From positions 177,850,287 through 177,913,941 of the forward strand of contig NC_068981.1 of the NCBI RefSeq assembly GCF_001194135.2: DNA of 63,655 nt, written 5' to 3'. Shown one piece after another: positions 13,507-26,346 of this stretch. This DNA is from Octopus bimaculoides. Lineage: Eukaryota. Below the pieces are notes generated by a model. It did not search any database. It saw only the letters and a list, made by a program, of their open reading frames with translations, and was not told where the DNA came from. The number at the start of each line of letters is the position of its first letter. Position 1 is the first letter of the stretch. The translations under genes were made by a program, and so were the position numbers.

Positions 13507-13566
13507 GGGGTATTTCCACTAATCTGTTAACTGGTTAACTGGGGTATTTCCACTAATCTGTTAACT
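13507..13566. repeat. Exact 26-bp direct duplication with an 8-bp spacer
   Basis: GGGGTATTTCCACTAATCTGTTAACT - GGTTAACT - GGGGTATTTCCACTAATCTGTTAACT. Confidence 0.95.
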
Positions 13567-16527
13567 AGATTTAGGAATTTATAGTCTTTGATCTCATATG
13601 GGAAGATTCTACCAGTTGTTAAAAGAGTGTTGCTTTAAAAAACAAAAAAAAAAAACAATAGTCTATGAGATTTTATCTTGGTCAAGTATTCAATGTACAG
13701 TCTTAGTTCAAGGTTATGAATCATGGGAAAATGAAAGTACAACATACCACAGTTGGAACAACCTTTTTCTCAAATAAAAAGATAAAAAACCATATCACAA
13801 CAGAACTTAGCATACAAGAGATCCTGGAGCAGTAGCTATAGAATACTAGGTTTTTTTATCACCAAAAATAATTAATGGTTAAAGAGGGCTATACTGGTTA
13901 GCTGGCAGAAACTTTCTGACTAGCAATATCTTGTTATAGTCACAGCCTTCATGTAATTAATACAACTCCTTTTAATTATGAACATAAAAAAAAAAATCAT
14001 GAAAAGAAACTTAACTGTAGGACACAATTTGTTTCCTTCCTAGAACTTATGAATACACCACATATAATGTTATATCAATGATAATCAATGAATATCTGGT
14101 AGGAATTGAACTCGTGTTGCCTAACTGGTACAGTAATCAAAATTATAAACATGCAATAGGATTTAATTGTCATTATATTTTGCTTCATTTCTCACTTCTC
14201 TTACACAATGAAATGAATTTCAATTCAAAGAACAACTTTTCTTTATTTACTGATGTCCACTAAGAGATCAGCTCTGGGCAGCTCTGGTCGAGCAAATCTA
14301 TGATCAAAGGTGCCCCAGCCATGACCATCTTCATCTTTTTTTCTAAGCTAGTCTATCCAATCTATTGGTATGGTATCTGTGTGAGACTGTTGTCATGTCG
14401 AATTGTTTGTATTTACAAGAGTTTATGTTCTATAGGTTAAATAAGGATTTTCACTAAATAAGGAAATTTAACCACTCATCAATGATAACATATTTGCCAA
14501 GCAATTCCCTTTTCTACCTTACTGCCTATTCTCCCCAACCCCACTTTTGCAACACTAGGCAAACAGATAGGTGATCCCAATCTGACTTCATTTTATTTTT
14601 ATTTTTTATGATTATTATTTATTTTTCTCCTGAAATATTCTGGTAGAGTTAACACATTTGAAACACCACTAACATATATATATATTCAGGAGAATTCAAC
14701 TATAATTTAAATCCATTTCTATAGCTGGTGCTTGCTATGCAGCTAACAGATAGTAGTAGTAGGAGTAGTGTAGAAGTGTCTAATCTTTCTTTGCACTACT
14801 TTTCAGGAATCATCTTAAAAATAAATAAATATAGCCTGAAAGTGCTGTCCAACGATAGAAGATAAACATGGAAGAATATTAAATAATGAAATGCTGCTAG
14901 CTAACAACAAAATTTCTCCCAGCTGAAAAAAATATATTAAGACTTAGGTGAAGAAATTTCAGCATTCATTATTTTACATAGGAAGATATAAAGTTGATAG
15001 CAAGAACAGACTAATATCAAAGACAAACCCTGCTGGTGATAAATTTAAAGCAATAAGATTATAGGTTGGTAATGACAAATAAAATACAGATGCTACTAAG
15101 CTAGACTTATAAGATTTACTACACAAAATGGCAATCAAAATAAAGCAATGTTTTAAAGGCAAATTTTCTTGATATAATTGTTTTAATGGGTTATTGTAAT
15201 ATTGAATAAGCAGAAAAAAATACCGAGGTAGAAATCATATTCAAGACTGTGTACTACATATACACTCATCATATTCTGCAGGTGTAGGATATTTCTTTTT
15301 CTTATTTCCAGTCTCTGATTACTAGACAATATTTTTGCCTTCTTCTTTCTTTCTTCTATTATAATTATCACAAAACAATTCATCAGAGCTCTTCATGTGA
15401 AATCATCCTATTTTACGCCTTTCTATTCAATAAAGAATGTTATTGAAAAAGACAACTGTTGTTTAAACAGATTTAGGAACTGGAAAACAGTGTAACCTTT
15501 GTAGAGTTGGCTATCTGTGTCAGAAAATGTGTTTGAGAAAAGTTGATAGTGTGAAAAGTGAAAATGTAGGGCATTGCCTTTAAAGGTGTGTTTTAATAAA
15601 TTCAGCAGGATGTACTCATAATAGTTAACTTTATTTACAGCACAAAGTTAACATGTGTTCTACTTTAAGCTGATTCTAGCAGATAGAATAAAAATATTAC
15701 TACTTCTGAATCCACACACAAACTCCAACAAATAATCCATTATTATACTTTATTATACTAGAAGCAATATCTGGTATGACAAATAAGTGTTGAGTTCAAA
15801 TAAAAAGAAGTAGCGACTTTAAGAACCATTTGAAAAAAGTGAGAAACTAGTTGTTCATTATGATAGTATAAAGTAAGAAAATACAGAGTAAAAAAGACAA
15901 ATCAAAACAGCAAAATTCAGTCACTGTTCTGGCCAGTAATTTGAAAAATAAAAACAAAAATATAAATCTTATGAGAAAAGGCTGACAGAATTTATTGAGT
16001 GACAAACAGATATTTAATTAGCTATCTACTTAATGAAAACACTAACAAAAGCTAGTCAAGGAGTACCACAGGTAGGTAAAGTAAAATTTGCTCTTGTTTT
16101 AAACATTATTAAAGTGGCTGCTAACTCCAAACTTTATTGTATCATTGTACCAGGACATTTGTATGAGTGTAATTCATTTAGTTTTTAGTTTTTTTTTTTC
16201 GTAAGTGGATATAATCAGAATAGTTGCGAGCAGAAACATGTTTGGAAAAGCTTTCACTCTCTTAAAAACCAGGCTGAAGATTCTTTACACACACAAGTCT
16301 TATCTTGACTTTAGTGAAATGAATTTCTAGGAGAAAAAATAACTAACAACAGACAATGGAGTCTAGCTGTAGTGAACAATTATAGTAATGAATGTGAAGC
16401 TGATCTGCTTACTGGAGTCTTAGTTTGAATTTAATATACTCAAGATACAGCCTATTTCAAAGTTGCAACTTCTCTCATACTTTGTATGCTACTGAACCTA
16501 GATTGATTTGACTTTAAAACCCATATA

Positions 16528-17763
16528 TTGGGTTGGCAAGAAAGTAATTTCGTTTTTCGCAAATAGATAGAGTTACAATTTTTTTTAACGATTTTTGTCA
16601 ATGTTATGATTTTTTTCCTTTTGACATTTGATAGCCATTACTTTGAGCTTACTTTAGAAGCAAATTGCATGTCATTTTATTTGCAGCTGTTAGTTCAGTG
16701 TCAATTTTAACATGGAGTGCAAAAATGAACATTTTCACCATATTTTACTTTTTTTATTTCCATAAAGGCAAGAAAGCTGCTGAAGTTCACAAAGAGATAT
16801 GTGAAGTTTATGGTGTTGACTGCTTAATAGAATGCACATGTCAGAAATGGCTTAAAAAATTTCGTTCTGGAGATTTTTCACTCAAAGATGACCAATGTTC
16901 TGGTCGACCTACTGAAGTTGTTGATGACTGAATCAAAGCCATAATTGAATCTGATTGTCATATAAGTGAAAATCACTTAAAATGTCTAGGACTCATTAAG
17001 AAGCTCGATATTTGGGTCCCACATAAATTGAAAGATTCACTTAACACAATTAATCAATATTTGCGATATGCATCTCAAATCCAATGAAATCAACCTTTTT
17101 TTTAAACGAATTATCACTGGTAATGGAAAATGGATTGTCTACAATAACATCAATCAAAAATGATCATGGTCCAAATGTAATGAAGCAGCATAAGCCACTT
17201 CGAAAGCTGAATTGCATCAAAAAAAGGTCATGGTGTCAATTTGGTGGGATTACAAAGGTGTTGTGTATTTTGAGCTGTTTCCAAGGAACCAAACGATCAA
17301 TTCAGATGTTTACTGTCAACAACTAATGAAACTGGAGGAAGCAATCAAAGAAAAACAGCCAGAATTGGTAAATCATAAAGGAATCATGTTCTACCATGAC
17401 AACGATAGACCACACGTCTTTGCTAACTCGTGAAAAATTATTGGAGCTTGGTTGGAAAGTGATGTCACATCCACCATATAGCCCTGACCTTGCACCAATC
17501 AGATTACCATTTATTTCTAAGTTTGCAAAATTCTCTGATTGGTAAGACTTTCAATAATGATAATGACCTGAAATTGCACTTGCTTCAGTTTTTGGCTGAT
17601 AGGGACCAGAAGTTCTGTGAGTGCAGAATCATGAAGTTTCCAGAAAGGTCATCGAACAAAATGGAAAATATATAATTGATTAAAGTTCATTCTTTGTATG
17701 AAAAAATAAATAATGACTTTTATTTCATACTAAAAAACCAAAATTACTTTCTTGCCAACCCAA
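16528..17763 (+). mobile_element. Full-length, decayed mariner (mellifera-subfamily-like) with a frameshifted transposase pseudogene
   Basis: TIRs TTGGGTTGGCAAGAAAGTAATTT / AAATTACTTTCTTGCCAACCCAA with TA on both sides; 1236 bp. Peptides KFRSGDFSLKDDQCSGRP, WVP(H), HQKKVMVSIWWDYKGVVYFEL, HDNDRPH, HPPYSPDLAPxDY are split over several frames. Confidence 0.95.
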
Positions 17764-18779
17764 TAAATTTAGATTCCATTTGTACCAGATTCTGAATTAG
17801 TTTGAATGGCTACAAAAGAAGGGGTAGGGAACAATCGATTGGAAGACAGAAACATAGTGAACAACCAGATAAGTATCTTGGTATCACATTCTATGTATAT
17901 TATTAGAAAGACTTCTTAGGTGACAGACTTCAGGTAGTTTCCTTAAGAACCCAAATTTAAGAGCATCAAAGACCTCAGATCAGAAGATAAACAGCAAAAT
18001 CAGGAATAGCAGGATACATGCGAGTTAAAAACAGAAAATGTAAGTTACATCGAAATAAAACTTCCATTACAGACAAGAAAACAGTAGAGATAGTACTGAG
18101 TACTTGATCAGTAAGTCTAGCTTAAATTCAGATTCAATATAGCTTCAGATAATTATAGATATTATATAAATATTGATTAATATAACTTATAAATCCCACT
18201 TAAATGTTACAGCTAACTATTCTTAAGCCCAAACAGTATAACTTTGTTGTAGCCTTTAAATGAAACAATGAAAGCTTGAAAAATAAAGACATGTCTACAG
18301 TTTTAAACCAATTATTTAACATAACTGCTAACTCAACTAAAACATCCTCAAGATTTTCAAACAGCATATTTTGTTTCCCCAATATTTCCTTTCTAAGTCT
18401 TATATATTATGGCAGACACATATAATTCCAAACAATACTGAATAAAGAATAAAAGTTTCTAATATTTATTGTTTCCAATAACTTCAATAAGCTGAATCTG
18501 ATGACAGTTTCACTATCTTAAGAAAATTTCTTGTTATGCAAATTTTGGTAACAAAAATTTTTTTCGTTATGTTCTTTGGTGTGTTGAGTTAAATGCTAGC
18601 TGTACAACATAGTATTCCTGGCCTGAGAAAGAGTAGCTTGATAGTTTATTAATTTCCATTTGGTTATGTTCTCTTAGCATTCTCAATTCAAATTCCATCA
18701 GTTGCTTTCTATTTTCTTTTCCCGGAGTCAATAAATTAAATACAAGCAATATACTGGTGTCAACTTAATCAGCTATACT

Positions 18780-19030
18780 TGCTTTGACAAACAGGGGCAC
18801 TTACATGTGACTGCTTAAACCTAGTGAGAAATAGCAGCTAAATCCCCCTCAAATCATAAGCTAGAGCTTTTTTTTTTCTTTTTCAAGAACAACACATTGG
18901 ATATGATAGTCCTAAATATACTATGCCTGAAAAGAGGGGGGGGGAGAAAGGAACAAACCAGACTGGTCGTGGTTAAAATGCTTTCCATTATAGATCCACT
19001 TGCCATTAGAGAACTGAGGCTAAATAACAA
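18780..19030 (+). repeat. Dispersed short repeat family C ending in (AAC)n; other copies at about 7650-7830(+), 10930-11170(-), 14270-14400(-), 32210-32350(+), 39870-39990(-), 53470-53670(-), 56560-56620(+)
   Basis: Shared AGAAATAGCAGC(C/T)AAAT.....TCAAATCA and GATGGTCA(T/C)GG(C/T)TGGAATG segments across copies. Confidence 0.65.
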
Positions 19031-19616
19031 CGATGCTTCTTTCTCAACAAGTTTCTAGCATTATAGCATCGTTAAAAATCAATGAAAAGAAAACACTATC
19101 AGTCATGCTACATAACTTTTCAAGGAAATTTTCTTAAAAAGTTTTGAAAGTTTACTATCAACAGAAAATAAAAGTAAAATGCTTGGCTCACTGTAATTAA
19201 ATTGTATATAAGCCTGTTCTATTGTACAGGATTGGTAAAAAGTAAGTGTTGTATAAGAAGGAAATTCATTTGTGATATTCATATTGAGCAAAAAGGTGGC
19301 TGAGTTTTTCTGCTATATCAGTGCAAGTGATGTGATTAAACCTAAAGGGAATCTGCAAAGTGAGCAATGGTAGGTGATCTGGAATCTAGGCTGGGTTTGT
19401 GACAAACCTACTGACATTAACAAAAGGCAGCATAATGCATTTTGATGCTGGTTATATTTTGTGCAGAAGTTGGCAAGTGAAGAAAAATAATGCATATTGA
19501 TCAAGAATTGTAATAAGTAGACAACTGACTAATGAAAGAACATCGATAGTGAGAAATCAATACAAAAGCAGCAATAAAAACAATAAGCAACTAAGTAAAA
19601 GAGAAACTTGACTTAC

Positions 19617-19752
19617 TTTTGAGGTACAGCAGGCATATTCTTTTGCAACTGATGATGCATGCCTGGGCTTTTAGCCGAATCAGGCGTGCGTGTCTTCTGA
19701 TGTCTTAATAACAATAACCTTCCCAGCTCCTCACACCACATCGAGAGCATAG
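19617..19752 (-). CDS. ZMIZ1: Internal coding exon of the ZMIZ1 ortholog (end of the N-terminal helical domain); 136 nt, phase 1-2
   Basis: Acceptor tgtttcag|CT ATG (AG at 19754-19753) and donor CAAAA|gtaagt (GT at 19616-19615). It reads (A)[44 protein letters not shown], versus human [22 protein letters not shown] (recalled). The terminal AA joins the T of the 4080 exon to give AAT and stays in frame. Not in the supplied ORF track. Confidence 0.95.
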
Positions 19753-19892
19753 CTGAAACATAGACAAGTTACATCCTCAGAAATTTTTAAACATTTTGAG
19801 TGCATGCATACAACAACAATAACAAGAGGTATGTAAAAATGTTACAAGTGAATCTATCTGAACTATGTTCTCTGAAACTAAATACATTTTAC

Positions 19893-19931
<39 letters not shown>

Positions 19932-19954
19932 GTTGAAAATACACACACACACAC

Positions 19955-20120
19955 AGGTGTAAGCATGGCTATGTAGTTACAGAGATAGCTTTGCAATTGC
20001 AGGGTTTCAAGTACTCCCTCACTGCATGGTACCCTGAGTGTTTTCTACTATAAACCTGGGTCAACCAATGCTTTGTGAGTGAAATTAATAGACAGAAAAT
20101 TGTTTAGATGCCAATTTTCT
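19955..20120 (+). mobile_element. SINE family A
   Basis: Degenerate A/B-box head plus CTACTATA.CCTGGGTCAACCAATGCTTTGTGAGTG. Confidence 0.7.
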
Positions 20121-20942
20121 GAGTGTGAATGTGTGTGTGTGTGTGTGCGCGCGCGCACATGCACACATGCGTAGGTAAAATGATGTGTTTACATTTCCTG
20201 TTGATATGTCCCATTGCTTGACTTTTGAAGACTAGAGGAATAAAAAAAAATCCCTTGCTTGAAAAAGAGATAAGGATTCACGATAGGAAAGGCGTTTAGT
20301 CATAAAATGCTTCTTCATATAAGTATCCATCTAACCCATGCAAACTTGAAAGTAATGGCATAAAGCAGATAAAATACTGTCTAACTTAAAAAGTTAAGTA
20401 AGTGATTTCAACCAAATTACATAATTTCTGAAATAAAGAAATATTCTTATACTTTAAGTGTCCTCATTTTGGTTGTCACAGTCACAATATTTCAGCTATT
20501 ATATGCTCTAGCCATCTTCTAATGCTTGCCATGCTCAGCAATATGTTCATAATTTTGAACTAAACCCTTTATTCAAACACAGAGTAGATGACAGTCCACG
20601 TCCCATTGTCCGTGCCAGGAATATTTTCATATTAGCTACACTTAAACTGGTGATGTCACTTATATATTCTGCTTGAACCAGAGTATATATCGAATCACTA
20701 ACCTATGAATTGAACTCACATCCACCAGGTAAAACTAAAACACTTAACATCTGACACTTAATCAAAACTTGTATTCACTATGCCACTGTTCCATATATAA
20801 TAACTTCTATTATTTAACAAAAAATACTTTGTATCAGTGTTTTGTGGTTTCTTTTTCTTTTTTTTTTTTAATTCTGTTCTTCCTGTATAACTTTTGCTTA
20901 TTGTTTTTGAAATTTAAATAAAGTTTACCTCTTTTTAGGCAT

Positions 20943-21770
20943 ATGACAGAAGAGTGCCAAGTAAGAAAAAATTAACATTTTCAACACCAATTTCTCTTTG
21001 CTTTCAATCAAAGTTACAAAACTATGAAAGCCACTCTAGAAATTTGTGCTATGTGCAGAAAAAGCATTATTACTCAAAGAACTGCACAGAAATGATTTTT
21101 ATGCTTCAAGGAAGGGAAATTTGACCTCACAAGTTCTCCACGTTCTGGTTGACCTGTTCAGTTCAATGAGGATTGACTGTATGCAAACAAGTCCTCAGGG
21201 GAATTGATCCAGTGGATGGGATGCTCTCATGATACCGTCACCTGTCACTTTTACTTGATGGGTAAGGTCCAAAAACTTGGTGCATGGGTGCCACATGCTC
21301 TGGACAAAAGAAACAAACTCCAGCACTCCTCTATTGCTGCAAGTTTTCCACTCAATATAAGGTTACTCATGAACAGAAACAAGCATTTCTTCACTGCATT
21401 GTCACCAGCAATGTAAAATGGTATCTTAATGTCAATATGAAGCAAAGAAAAGAATGGTTCAACCACAAAAAGCAATCAACATCTTAACTCAAGCCAGAGT
21501 TATATCCATGCAAAACCAAGGTCTGTGTGTTTGGTGGGACTGAGAAGGACTAATCCACTACAAAATGTTTGAAAACTACAATCAATGCAGAGCTTTATGT
21601 TCTGAAAATGCACTTAGTTCAAATGATCCAGCCAGTAATATAGTATGCTTCTTCAATATGACAATGCTCACTCCCAACGTTGCTAGTTTAACCAAAATTC
21701 CTATTCAAGAGCTCAGATGGGAAGATCTACTACACTCTCCATGTTTACCTAATATAGTGCTTTCAGGTGA
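20943..21770 (+). mobile_element. Second, more degraded mariner transposase relic
   Basis: Remnants EGKFDLTSSPRSG, KVQKLGAWVPHAL, CIVTSNVKW, VCVWWD, LHSPCLPNIVLSG. No TIRs recognised. Confidence 0.8.
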
Positions 21771-22523
21771 TTTTTTTTTTTTTTTTTTTTTGTAGAAAAT
21801 ACGGCTAATTGAAGTCATCAAGTCAAGACCCGGTGATTACCATTAAGGCATTGACAAACCAGGGTAATGTTGAGAAGAAGCCGTGAACAATGAAAGAGAT
21901 ATATTATTGACTGATTTGTTAAAATTGTTGATGAAAAATAAGGATTAAAATAAATGGGGATGGGGAGGACCAAACAAATTTATCCAACAATCTAATACTT
22001 GTGATAAGTTCAATTTCTTATGATATTAACAACCTTAACTACAGAGCAAAACCAAAGGCTTAATCAGAATAACATACTGAAACCATGTTACGAAAATCTA
22101 TAAACGTTATGCATCAAAATGAAAATGAGAACATTTCTAAGACTTGGAATTTTCAGATCCTGCTAGTTTGAATAAATGACTGAGTGTAAATAATGAGATA
22201 AAAGAATCCAGTTTTCAAAAGTAAATGTATAACAGTCAGTTTCACCCATGAAATACAGTGTGTATTTAAAAATGAAAACATTATTGTTTCCAAAAACAGA
22301 AAAGTAGGTTTGAGTTTTGCATGGATAAATTACTTTAGTTTTTTGTTTCTCTCATGGGAATAATTGAAAAATTTAATAATTTAACATTCATTGTAGAGTC
22401 AATTTCTTCATTTTATGCTATTAAGTCAGCATACCAACTTAAGAATTTTCTTTTTTTATAGCATCAACAGTTCAATTCCTTTACAAGAACAAGCTAATTA
22501 ATTTTTAATTTCCGCTCAATGAA

Positions 22524-24325
22524 TTTATCATCATCATTGTTGTCGTTTAACGTCTGCTTTCCATGCTGGCATGGGTTGGGTGGTTTGACTGAGGGTTGGT
22601 GAGCCAGATGGCTGCACCAGGCTCCAATCTGATCTGGCAAAGTTTCTACAGCTGGATGCCCTTCCTAATGCTAACCACTCCAAGAGTGTAGTGGGTGCTT
22701 TTACGTGCCACCAGCATGAGGGCCAGTCAGGCGGTACGGGTATCGACCATGCTCAAATGGTGCTTTTTACATGCCACCTGCACAGGAGCCAGTCTGACAG
22801 CACTGGCAACGACCACCCTTGAATGGTGTTTTTTACGTGCCACCGACACAGGAGCCAGTCAGGTGGTGCTGGCAATGATCACACTCAAATGGTGCCTTTT
22901 ACGTGCCACCGGCACGGGCACCAGTCAGCGGCCCTGGCAACAATCATGCTCGAATGGTGCTTTTAACGTTCCACTGGCACAGGTGCCAATCAAGCAGTAC
23001 TGTCATCGGCCACGACAACAACTTCACTTGCCTCAACAGGTCTTCGCAAGCATAGTTTATTATTCAATGATTGAAGGGTACTCTTAAATGGGCTGGTTAT
23101 GCAGCACTGGCATAAGCTCACTTGGCTTGCTGGGTCTTCTCAATCACAGCATACCTCTAAAGGTCTCAGTCACTTGTCATTGCAACAGTGAGGCCCAATG
23201 TACGAAGGTCGTACTTCACCACCTCATCCCAGGTCTTCCTCGGTCTACCTCTTCCACAAGTTCCCTCAACTGCTAGGGTGCGACACATTTTCACATAGCT
23301 GTCCTCATCCACTCGCAACACATGACCGTACCAGTGCAGTCGTCTCTCTTGCACACCACATCTGATGCTTCTTATGTCCAACTTTTCTCTCAAGGCGCTT
23401 ACACTCTGTTGTGTATGCACACTGACATTACACATCCAGCAGAGCATACTGGCTTCATTCCTTGCAAGCTTACGCATGTCCTCAGCAGTCATCTGCCATG
23501 TAACATGGCTATTCGCACACATCCGTCATACAGTCTACCTTTCATCCTAAGTGAGAGGTCCTTTGTCACCAGCAGAAGTAGGAGCTCTCTGAACTTTGCC
23601 CAGGCTATTCTTATTCTAGCAGCTACACTTTCAGAGCATCCACTTCCATGAATGACTTAGTCACATAGGTAACAGAAGCTATCAACTACTTCTAATTTTC
23701 TCCTGAAATGTGACGGAAGCTGTTCTCTGCACATTTTCAGTGTTTATTGCTCCTGAGCATTTGCAACACACAAAAACTATCTTCCCAGTTAGCCTTACTT
23801 TGATATTGCTGCACCTCTTATGTGTCAATTGCTTACACTGGGTACATCTTATGGAGTTTCTACCTATACCTTTTCTACAGATCGAGCAGGGCAATCTACC
23901 TAAAGGGATTTGTGGTTTGTTTGCCTTCCTACTTATTAAGACTTTGGTTTTTGCTAGGTTGACTCTAAGGCCCTTTGATTCTAATCCTTGCTTCCACACC
24001 TGAAGCTTCTCTTCTAGTTCTGATAGTGACTCAGCTATTAGAGCAAGGTCATCTGCATAGAGAAGCTCCCAGGGGCATCCTGTCTTGAATTCTTCTGTTA
24101 TTGCCTGGAGGACTATGGTGGATAAGAGGGGGCTGAGGACTGATCCTTGGTGGACCTCTACCCCTACCTGGAATTTTTCACAGTTCTCATTGCCAACCCT
24201 CACCTTACTGACAGCATCCCTGTACGTGGCTTGTACAGCTCTCACTAACCATTCTTCTATCCCTAGTTTCCTCATTGACCACCAGATAAGGAATCGGGGA
24301 CCCTGTCAAAGGCTTTCTAAAATTC
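22524..24325 (-). mobile_element. 5'-truncated RTE-clade LINE (RT, PHD-like finger, C-terminus, 3'UTR)
   Basis: LEKAFDRVP near 24320; ORF 23682-24275 has VHQGSVLSPLL and LLYADDLAL; the C-terminus has RRLHWYGHVLR and GRGRPRKTW; the 3' end is CCAACCCATGCCAGCATGGAAAGCAGACGTTAAACG followed by a GAT-type tail. Confidence 0.95.
22692..23020. repeat. ~66-bp tandem array (5 units) in the RTE 3'UTR
   Basis: Units start near 22692, 22759, 22825, 22891 and 22956 with GGTGCTTTTTACGTGCCACC..GCAC.GG.GCCAGTC. Confidence 0.9.
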
Positions 24326-26123
24326 CCTCTTCAGTCCCTTCACAGGTCATATTGAAATATGTGCATGTGAATGTATCTTTAACCTTCTATTATCATCAAC
24401 ACTAAAAAAAAATATTTTATGAAACAGTGAAAGAATGTCAGTGGAATCAGTGGTCATGCTTGTTATAGAGGATAAATCTTTCAACAAAGTAGCAGTTTCT
24501 TTAGGATAGCGACTGCATATTTTGTCTTAAATCTTGAAATAGCAAGGCTGGAAGTTGATTCAACAATGAAATTCAGCCTAAACTGACATCCTGTCTCATT
24601 TCATTGTCTGTATTTGTCTGCTAAACAGAGTTGATCAAAGCCAATGAAACAATAAATTAGTTATGTAAAAGACAAATAAGAGAAATAATGATTTAAAAAT
24701 CAAAGCTAACATGAAAGTAGTATCTCGTATTCAATTAAAGCTGGTAACTCTGAGAAGGACAGTTGTTTTTTTAGGAAACAAATGAATTCTTAGTTGAATC
24801 TTATTATGAAACTAAGTGATCTCCAGGCTTCACAAAGAGAGAAAATAATCATCAGAATCCCCTTGAGAAGGAAACTGATTATCACTACTACTGTCAACAC
24901 TGCCATTTTATAAACTGATGTTATTAAATAGCTGCAATCAGATTTATTTGAGGCATGCTAGTTAATCAAACATTCAAAGAATAACAAACTCAACACAACC
25001 TCTTAAACCAATAGCTCAGCCTTCTACAAATGCTTATTTTACTGACAATAGAGGGATAGAAATGAAAAAAAAAAATCATCAAAACAAACCTCCAAAACAA
25101 AACCATAATCTTTGTAAATTATCCTAAAGTAATTCACTGCTCTTGGTATTCTTTCCTTTTTTTGTTATTGTTTACAACTCTTTCCTAATGCCGTTGGATA
25201 AGCAGATCAACTGATATGGACTAATATTAATAAAGCATAATTGATATCTCTCCAAATATTTTAAAGTGATTCCAAAATTTTTTTTATATAAACAAACCAA
25301 TTTTCAGGACATGAAAAGCATCATTTAACAGGTATCAACAAGATGTAGTGTTATATGATAACCAAACAAATATGTACACATTAACATCAACATTTCTTCA
25401 ACTGACTTAAAATGTCACTAAAAAATAGAGCACTGGTTTCTATCTCTGACTGCAACACTTATCTAGAAAATATGGATTATCCTTAATTTATTTATTTATT
25501 CTTTCTTTCTTCTTTGGGTGGAGTTTTAATATATCATGTTTTTCCCAGGGTTCCCTTTCTCAGTAATATCAGTAGACAGTATTTATCATATTCTTCAAAA
25601 TAGACTTGTTTATATGATAATTGAGGCTAGATAGATATGAAAATTTCTTTTTAACCAACAATATTATATATTTTTTTACTATCTTTTCCAAAAATAAATT
25701 TACTTTTCTTGCTCTGATTATCTTTCTCAAGAAAACATGAGTCATAGTTTCTAACCAGTTATATGTCGAGGAAAAACTTAACTCTTGTTTTCCTGGCACA
25801 TAAGAGCAAGTTTAGTTCTAACAGATGGGAGTGGAGGGGTGCATCTCATGCAATGCCAGACATTTTAATATGGGATTACAGCTTCAGGGCGGGTACTGCA
25901 ACATATTACTTTATCAATTAGTGTAAATGATAGACTTCTATCTCAAAGCATATCGAGACAGTTGCTCTATTTTCGTTTTCCTCTATATAGAACACAGTTT
26001 GGTAATCACTGCAGATGTTGTTCAGACATGCTCAAGCAGACCTATGAAACAAAAACCTTGAGCTTTGACCATCCTGTCTCTTTCTACAGACATAGTAAAC
26101 CTAGGATTACATTTTCTGAAGTA

Positions 26124-26346
26124 CAGCAATCCCTCGCCATATCGTGGTTCACCTATCACGGTTTACTATTTAAGCTTACGTCAATTCCTCTGTGGTGTTG
26201 CTTTGCATTTATAATGAAATAAATATATATAAATTATTTAAAAAATTTTAAATATACAGTACAGTACTGTTTCTACTTCGTGGATTTTCACCTATTGCAG
26301 GGGGTGGGGGTGGGACATAACACTCGCGATAGTCAAGGAATTACTG
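26124..26346. mobile_element. Tigger/pogo-like MITE
   Basis: TA-CAGCAATCCCTCG ... CAAGGAATTACTG-TA: imperfect TIRs with TA TSD. Confidence 0.7.

Larger units (their letters stand above)
4081..19616 (-). other. ZMIZ1: ZMIZ1 intron, 15.5 kb, GT-AG, phase 2
   Basis: Bounded by the two exons above; the join preserves the reading frame. Confidence 0.85.

Noticed and set aside
22695-23087. 130-aa ORF with repeated WCFLRAT units
   Set aside because: Antisense translation of the 66-bp array in the RTE 3'UTR.
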